Translations under genes and position numbers: made by a program | Virus record (IMG/VR): IMGVR_UViG_3300048579_000179 | Location: 1 to 29,277 of that record | DNA: 29,277 nucleotides | Strand: one strand, 5' to 3' | From: a virus | Lineage: Duplodnaviria > Caudoviricetes | Shown: positions 24,865-29,277 of the stretch, piece after piece | How the letters are laid out: every line of letters begins with the position of its first letter | Numbering within the stretch: position 1 is the first letter of the stretch | Notes under the pieces: model-generated | Database searches by the model: none | What the model was told of the DNA's origin: nothing | Seen by the model: only the letters and a program-made list of their open reading frames with translations

Positions 24865-26328
24865 TTACGAAACGGTGTAGTTGCCGTCCCAGCGGGTCGC
24901 ACCACCATCGCGGTAGAACTCGGTCACATCCGGATAAGCACTGCGGGTTGGCGCTTGGTAGGTGAACTGCATGGTGTTGATGACGGCTGCCAAGAACGGC
25001 GCGTCCAATACCAGACGGAACTTGCCCGCGAACAGCAGCTCCATGCAGTAGCCGGTGCGCTGTTTGGTGCCGAGCCACATACCGTTGTTGTAGGCCGCGA
25101 ACTCGTTGGGCGCGATGAACTCGGCAAAAGACATCGCGTCGGCGTTGTTCATAACCTTGTACTGAATGTTGAGTAACGGCTGCCCCATCCAGTCAATCGG
25201 GATGATAAAGAAGTCCTGAGCCGTGTACACATTGTTACCGGCTTTGGTCATCGGAATGCCGTCACTGAAAATCACCCGCACCGGCTCGTCATCAATGAGC
25301 AGGTACCGGCCATCCCACATTTGGAGTTGCAGCTTACGCACTTCCGACGCATCGGTGTAGCTCGGGTTGCCCGCGCTCCCTTGGCACCGGCTGACGTAAT
25401 ACTCGCAAGCCCAGATATAGGTCAGGGCACGGAACATTTCCATGCGCATCCCGATAGCCCATGTCACGCCATCCAAGCCGACATCTTCAGCCAGCACCTT
25501 CAAGGCAAAGTAGGTATCAACCACTGCCTGTTGGAAGGTGCGCCCGCCGACGGATGCGTCGATGCCCGTGCCCCAGTTGATGACGATACTGTCAGCACCC
25601 GGACAGGCGACTCCGGTGTCCATATCAACCCTACCGGTGGTGATTTGGCGTTCCAGTCCGTCGAACTCTTTGAAGAAACCGAGCTGCGCTGCAGCAGGCG
25701 CTTTGGCACGGTTGCCGGTGACCAGTACCCTCTCAAAGGCACGATCCATGGCGACGCCGGTCACACCCAGTTCAACCGCCAACGTCGCCGCATCGCGGTT
25801 GCTGATGTCCAACCGATTCATCAAATCCGGTACGAACTGGTTATTGGACTGTTTCATGTTGAGGATGCGCTTGGCAGCGATGTCGGTGTAGTCGGCATAT
25901 TCACCGGCTTCAGCGATGTTGACCACTTTGGTCTTCCACGCGCTCTTGCCCCACGGGTAATTTTGAACACAGCGTTTGAGCTGCCCTGCCGTCGGGAAGA
26001 GGCCGCAGAAGTCAGATGGGTTGCTACCTTCTTCAGCGGTGACGCCGGTCATGATGCCAATTTTTTCATTGGCGATCCGGCTCTGGCGCACGCCGACGAT
26101 GCTAGAAAGGCTGCGCGGGCGCGCAAAGGATGAGAACATTTCCGGGCGGATGCCGGGATAAGAAAACGTTCCATAGTCACCGCTGCCGTCGGCGTATGGC
26201 CCGTAAGCCGGGTTGTGAGTGTCCGCTGTGCCGGAAGCGTTATGCTTCTCAACCGCGATAAACGCATTGCGGATTTCGGCCCACTCTTGAGCCGAATATT
26301 TACGGTCGTTAATGGTTATGTCGGGCAT
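24865..26328 (-). CDS. Major capsid protein
   Basis: 487 aa, directly after the protease/scaffold and followed by a strong terminator. The FERVLVTGN...EFDGLERQI segment resembles HK97-fold capsids. Confidence 0.8.
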   Translation of the reverse strand: MPDITINDRKYSAQEWAEIRNAFIAVEKHNASGTADTHNPAYGPYADGSGDYGTFSYPGIRPEMFSSFARPRSLSSIVGVRQSRIANEKIGIMTGVTAEEGSNPSDFCGLFPTAGQLKRCVQNYPWGKSAWKTKVVNIAEAGEYADYTDIAAKRILNMKQSNNQFVPDLMNRLDISNRDAATLAVELGVTGVAMDRAFERVLVTGNRAKAPAAAQLGFFKEFDGLERQITTGRVDMDTGVACPGADSIVINWGTGIDASVGGRTFQQAVVDTYFALKVLAEDVGLDGVTWAIGMRMEMFRALTYIWACEYYVSRCQGSAGNPSYTDASEVRKLQLQMWDGRYLLIDDEPVRVIFSDGIPMTKAGNNVYTAQDFFIIPIDWMGQPLLNIQYKVMNNADAMSFAEFIAPNEFAAYNNGMWLGTKQRTGYCMELLFAGKFRLVLDAPFLAAVINTMQFTYQAPTRSAYPDVTEFYRDGGATRWDGNYTVS

Positions 26329-26384
26329 AGTAAGTTGAGCCTCATCAATATGGCGAATGATAAATGGTGAACTAACGCCTAAGC

Positions 26385-27734
26385 TTACTTAAGCGGCAGT
26401 CCGGTAAGGGAATCCTTCGTCGGCAGCGCATCTTTGAGCACCGGCTTCTCGGCATCGGTGACCACGGTGCTTTCATCATGGGCAGCACGGCGCAGCGGCT
26501 GATTCACCAGTGTGCGCAGAGCAGCGTTATCCTGCTTCAGCGCCTGCAGCTCTTTTTCAATCGCCGCCAGCTTGTCGTCACGGGTTTTCAGTTCGCCGGT
26601 CTGCTTTTCAGTCAGCTCGGTCAACTGCCGGTCGAAGGCATCCTGCACTTCAACCATTGAGAGGAGGAGTTCGGCGTTCTGCTTCATCGCCTCGCCCCGC
26701 GCCTTCACGACCGCATCACTGCCGCCGCCCAGCGCCTTGGCTTCAATGCCACGGTCTGCCAGAGTCGCCCGTAATTTTTCAGGGCCTTCTTTGAGCAGGC
26801 CGACAGCATCCTTGATTCCGAATTCCTCTTCGAAGAGGGTATTCAGGAACGTGTCGCGCTTCGATTTCTCGACCATAGGTAACACCTCACTTAAAGTAAA
26901 CATGTTGGATGCCGCTGCACGGGGCAACGAAGTAGACTCATATTTGGCAATCGACTTGTAGACGCCCTGCGCCTTGTCAGTCTTGCTGGCAAAGAACCCT
27001 TGAGATGCGCCCCATTCCATTTCGGGGTGTTTCTCAACATAGTTGTAAAAAGCTTTGGCCACCGGCGTCTGCTCTTTTTCGCGCCACAGTTCGACCAAAA
27101 ACCCTGACCACACGTCCGCGAACACGAGGTCACTAATCGACCCCAGTTCCTTGGTGTGCCAGATGTAATGGGCGTTATCGCCGATAAACTTGCCGTCGTC
27201 CGTCCAGCACTTTTCGACGTAGTCTTCGATGGCTTGGGTGGTGACGTGGGCATTGTCGCGGTCACGGTAGCCGTTAGACGTAATCATGAACATGTAGCGC
27301 CGACCAGCATTGTCCTTCAGCACCTGCGTCCCATCTTTGAGCGGCTGCCCTTTGATGCGGTTTTGCAGTTGCGTCCAGACCGACGGCACCGGGTCAATGA
27401 TGAGGTCTTGCCGCGTCCCGTGGTCATGGCCCTCTTTTTCGTGGCTCATTTCCATCGGTTCGGCTTCAGGCGCTTCAACAATCACCACCGGCACAGGCTC
27501 AACCGTCAACGGTTCGGGCGGCGGCGTGGCTTCCCATCGGTCACAGTAGCCGGTCGCCACTACCGGTTCAGGCCAGCAATCGACGATAAAACAGTCTTGG
27601 TTATGGGCCATAAACCAGCGGCAGTTGGCGCAGGCTTTGCTGCGGGTCGCCGACAGCGGCAGATAGTTGACTTCTTTTTGAGCCAGCGTCCCTTGAAAGG
27701 CTTTGGTTGTTTGGACAGGTTTTGTGTCGGTCAC
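26385..27734 (-). CDS. Prohead protease-scaffold fusion with N-terminal HiPIP-like Cys domain
   Basis: SNGYRDRD, IWH, GASQGF and YESTSLP...ASN follow the motif order of HK97-type proteases, and the C-terminus is a coiled coil. Start moved to GTG 27734 (GAGG RBS) because 27761 lies inside a terminator. Confidence 0.75.
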   Translation of the reverse strand: MTDTKPVQTTKAFQGTLAQKEVNYLPLSATRSKACANCRWFMAHNQDCFIVDCWPEPVVATGYCDRWEATPPPEPLTVEPVPVVIVEAPEAEPMEMSHEKEGHDHGTRQDLIIDPVPSVWTQLQNRIKGQPLKDGTQVLKDNAGRRYMFMITSNGYRDRDNAHVTTQAIEDYVEKCWTDDGKFIGDNAHYIWHTKELGSISDLVFADVWSGFLVELWREKEQTPVAKAFYNYVEKHPEMEWGASQGFFASKTDKAQGVYKSIAKYESTSLPRAAASNMFTLSEVLPMVEKSKRDTFLNTLFEEEFGIKDAVGLLKEGPEKLRATLADRGIEAKALGGGSDAVVKARGEAMKQNAELLLSMVEVQDAFDRQLTELTEKQTGELKTRDDKLAAIEKELQALKQDNAALRTLVNQPLRRAAHDESTVVTDAEKPVLKDALPTKDSLTGLPLK

Positions 27735-27751
27735 GGCAGCCTCGATAAACG

Positions 27752-27777
27752 AAAAAAGCACATGAGTTGCATGTGCT
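27752..27777 (-). terminator. Intrinsic terminator upstream of the protease/capsid genes
   Basis: Minus strand AGCACATG-caact-CATGTGCT-TTTTT. Confidence 0.8.
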
Positions 27778-27838
27778 GCCCTGACCAGCGTCCTTTACCT
27801 GACTAAAGGGGGTTTATAACGTGTTGTTCACTATCAAA

Positions 27839-27847
27839 ATCATACCA
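27839..27847 (-). promoter_or_regulatory. Extended -10 promoter (TGgTATGAT)
   Basis: Near-consensus TGn-TATgAT just after the portal stop, ahead of a short leader and terminator. Confidence 0.55.
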
Positions 27848-27849
27848 CA

Positions 27850-29277
27850 TCAAGCGACGGCTTTGACCTTCTCCAGATAATGCTGGCATCGCCACCCGCC
27901 GCAGTCGAAATTGTGGTGGTCGATACCCGGTCGCAGCTCGTGTTCAATCCACCAGCGCATGCGGTGCTTCACGCCTTTGAGCCGCTGGCAGGTGTCGCAG
28001 CTATCCGCGCCATCGTCGCCTTCAAAGGAATACATGCCGTTCTTATCGGCACTGGCGATGCCCTCGTAGTAGAACTCATCCGTCGTGCCCATCCACATCT
28101 GGGCGCGGGCTTCCGGCGACAGGCTCATACCCTTCTCGCTGTACAGTTCGTTGACCAAGTTGCTGACATACTGCGAGTCGCGTACCGCCAAATCGGCGAT
28201 GATGCGCAGGTCGTCTTCATCCAGTTCGCTGCCGTCCACACCGCCCGCTTCCAGTCCATCCTGATAAGCCAGCTTGCCGTAACGCTGGATGGCACCACGA
28301 ATCCGCGCGGCACATCCGGCTTTGGTGGTCACACGGTCAGCACCATCCTGCAAAATGGCCGTCAGTTCTTGAATGAACTCGTCATTGGTGGCGTCGATTT
28401 CCTTCTTCACCGGCGCGGCATCATCAGCCTGCACGGTTGCATCCGGCGCGGCTGCAGTTGTGGCGGGCATGTTGGAGTTGGCCGTCATGGCAGCGTCCGG
28501 CGGCTGCGCGGTATCAAGCTGCACGGCATCCGGCGCAATCACCACCTGTGCCGGTTCTTTCGGGTCGGCATCAAATACCCGTACCTGACCGCTTTCATCC
28601 AGCAGCACGTCACCAAAGGCCGGAACCTGATTGGCCGCAAGCTGGCGTTTTTCCTCGGCATTCATGAAGGTCGAACCGTTGACAATGTCCGTCCACACCT
28701 TGGCGATGTTGGCCGTCTGCATGTCCTGCTGTGGATTGGCCGCCTTGTACTTCCATTCCAGCGAGCGCGGCAGCACTGTATTCCAGATGCGCGTCAACCG
28801 CGTACTGAGATAGCCCGGGCCTTTCACATCGGTCTTCGCCGCCAGCACCTTGGATTGTTCGCCGCTGCCCATCGACCCGCTCGACAGCGGCCAGATGTCC
28901 TGCGGGTCAAGCCCAAAGTTCAGCGCCAGCAGATTGACGTGGATTTGCGTGTACTTGGCTTTGTCGAAGCCCTGCGGCACCTGCGCCATCGGCACGAAGG
29001 TCACACTGGCAGGCTGCGTCGGGTCTTTGGACGACAGTTGCAGCGGCGCACGGTAAACATTCTGTCCGTCGCGTACCGCTTCATATTGGAACTGCTGCAT
29101 AGCCGTCTGGACTTCATCCGCCTTGACGTTATTGAAGATGACGATGCCCGGCGGCGGCATATCATTCAGTAGTTCGTTCTCATGCTTGCCCAGCAGGATT
29201 TCCGAATTGGCCACAGTCAGCGAGTCGTACAGCGCCGACTTGCCCATGTTGAACATCATTGTGTCCGGTGACGGCTG
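27850..29277 (-). CDS. Portal protein (5'-partial) fused to a MuF-like head morphogenesis domain
   Basis: Frame is open to the window edge. Portal-like PPPGIVIF, LALNFGLDPQDI and AEEKRQL segments precede an Ala/Pro linker and a domain with SCDTC...H...CGGWRCQH. Confidence 0.8.
   Translation of the reverse strand, partial: QPSPDTMMFNMGKSALYDSLTVANSEILLGKHENELLNDMPPPGIVIFNNVKADEVQTAMQQFQYEAVRDGQNVYRAPLQLSSKDPTQPASVTFVPMAQVPQGFDKAKYTQIHVNLLALNFGLDPQDIWPLSSGSMGSGEQSKVLAAKTDVKGPGYLSTRLTRIWNTVLPRSLEWKYKAANPQQDMQTANIAKVWTDIVNGSTFMNAEEKRQLAANQVPAFGDVLLDESGQVRVFDADPKEPAQVVIAPDAVQLDTAQPPDAAMTANSNMPATTAAAPDATVQADDAAPVKKEIDATNDEFIQELTAILQDGADRVTTKAGCAARIRGAIQRYGKLAYQDGLEAGGVDGSELDEDDLRIIADLAVRDSQYVSNLVNELYSEKGMSLSPEARAQMWMGTTDEFYYEGIASADKNGMYSFEGDDGADSCDTCQRLKGVKHRMRWWIEHELRPGIDHHNFDCGGWRCQHYLEKVKAVA

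Larger units (their letters stand above)
1050..29277 (-). mobile_element. Prophage (siphovirus-like), late gene region; continues beyond the window
   Basis: Co-oriented, tightly coupled genes in the order portal, protease, capsid, adaptor, neck, tail tube, chaperone, tape measure, tail tip, lysis. It abuts a truncated host gene, and no sheath gene is visible. Confidence 0.93.

Noticed and set aside
3461-26369. Shared 10-mer ATAAATGGTG at 3461-3470 and 26360-26369
   Set aside because: Only two AT-rich copies, compatible with chance.
1-29277. CRISPR array, rRNA or tRNA genes
   Set aside because: No regularly spaced repeats or cloverleaf/rRNA signatures were seen.

Overview
The left ~1.05 kb is host DNA: the 3' part of a Sua5/TsaC gene and an MmcQ/YjbR gene cut off right after its PGYHMNK motif. 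The rest (~1050 to the window end) is the minus-strand late operon of a siphovirus-like prophage. The host is probably Chloroflexota/Anaerolineae, a weak inference from 'HAQD'-type signal peptides. Gene order in the direction of transcription: portal fused to a MuF-like domain, prohead protease/scaffold with an N-terminal HiPIP-like Cys motif, major capsid, a ~11 kb block of 5 glycosyltransferase-like and 2 methyltransferase genes (interleaved with the head-tail adaptor and a GIY-YIG endonuclease), neck, tail tube with a beta-propeller, tail chaperone, phosphatase, tape measure, tail tip, and a lysis module with a clan GH-A hydrolase. The main observations are: (i) a recurring GUCAGG RNA box, mostly in hairpin loops, at two promoter-leader-terminator units and four translation starts, plus a structured leader RNA whose loop is its complement, a candidate undescribed RNA-level switch for late genes; (ii) two independent A-X-B'A'-(Y)-B duplications joined in frame at a shared CATCA microhomology; (iii) a large candidate virion glycosylation locus; (iv) a +1 UUU_CGG chaperone frameshift. 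All calls come from reading the sequence and recalling motifs; no database searches were run.
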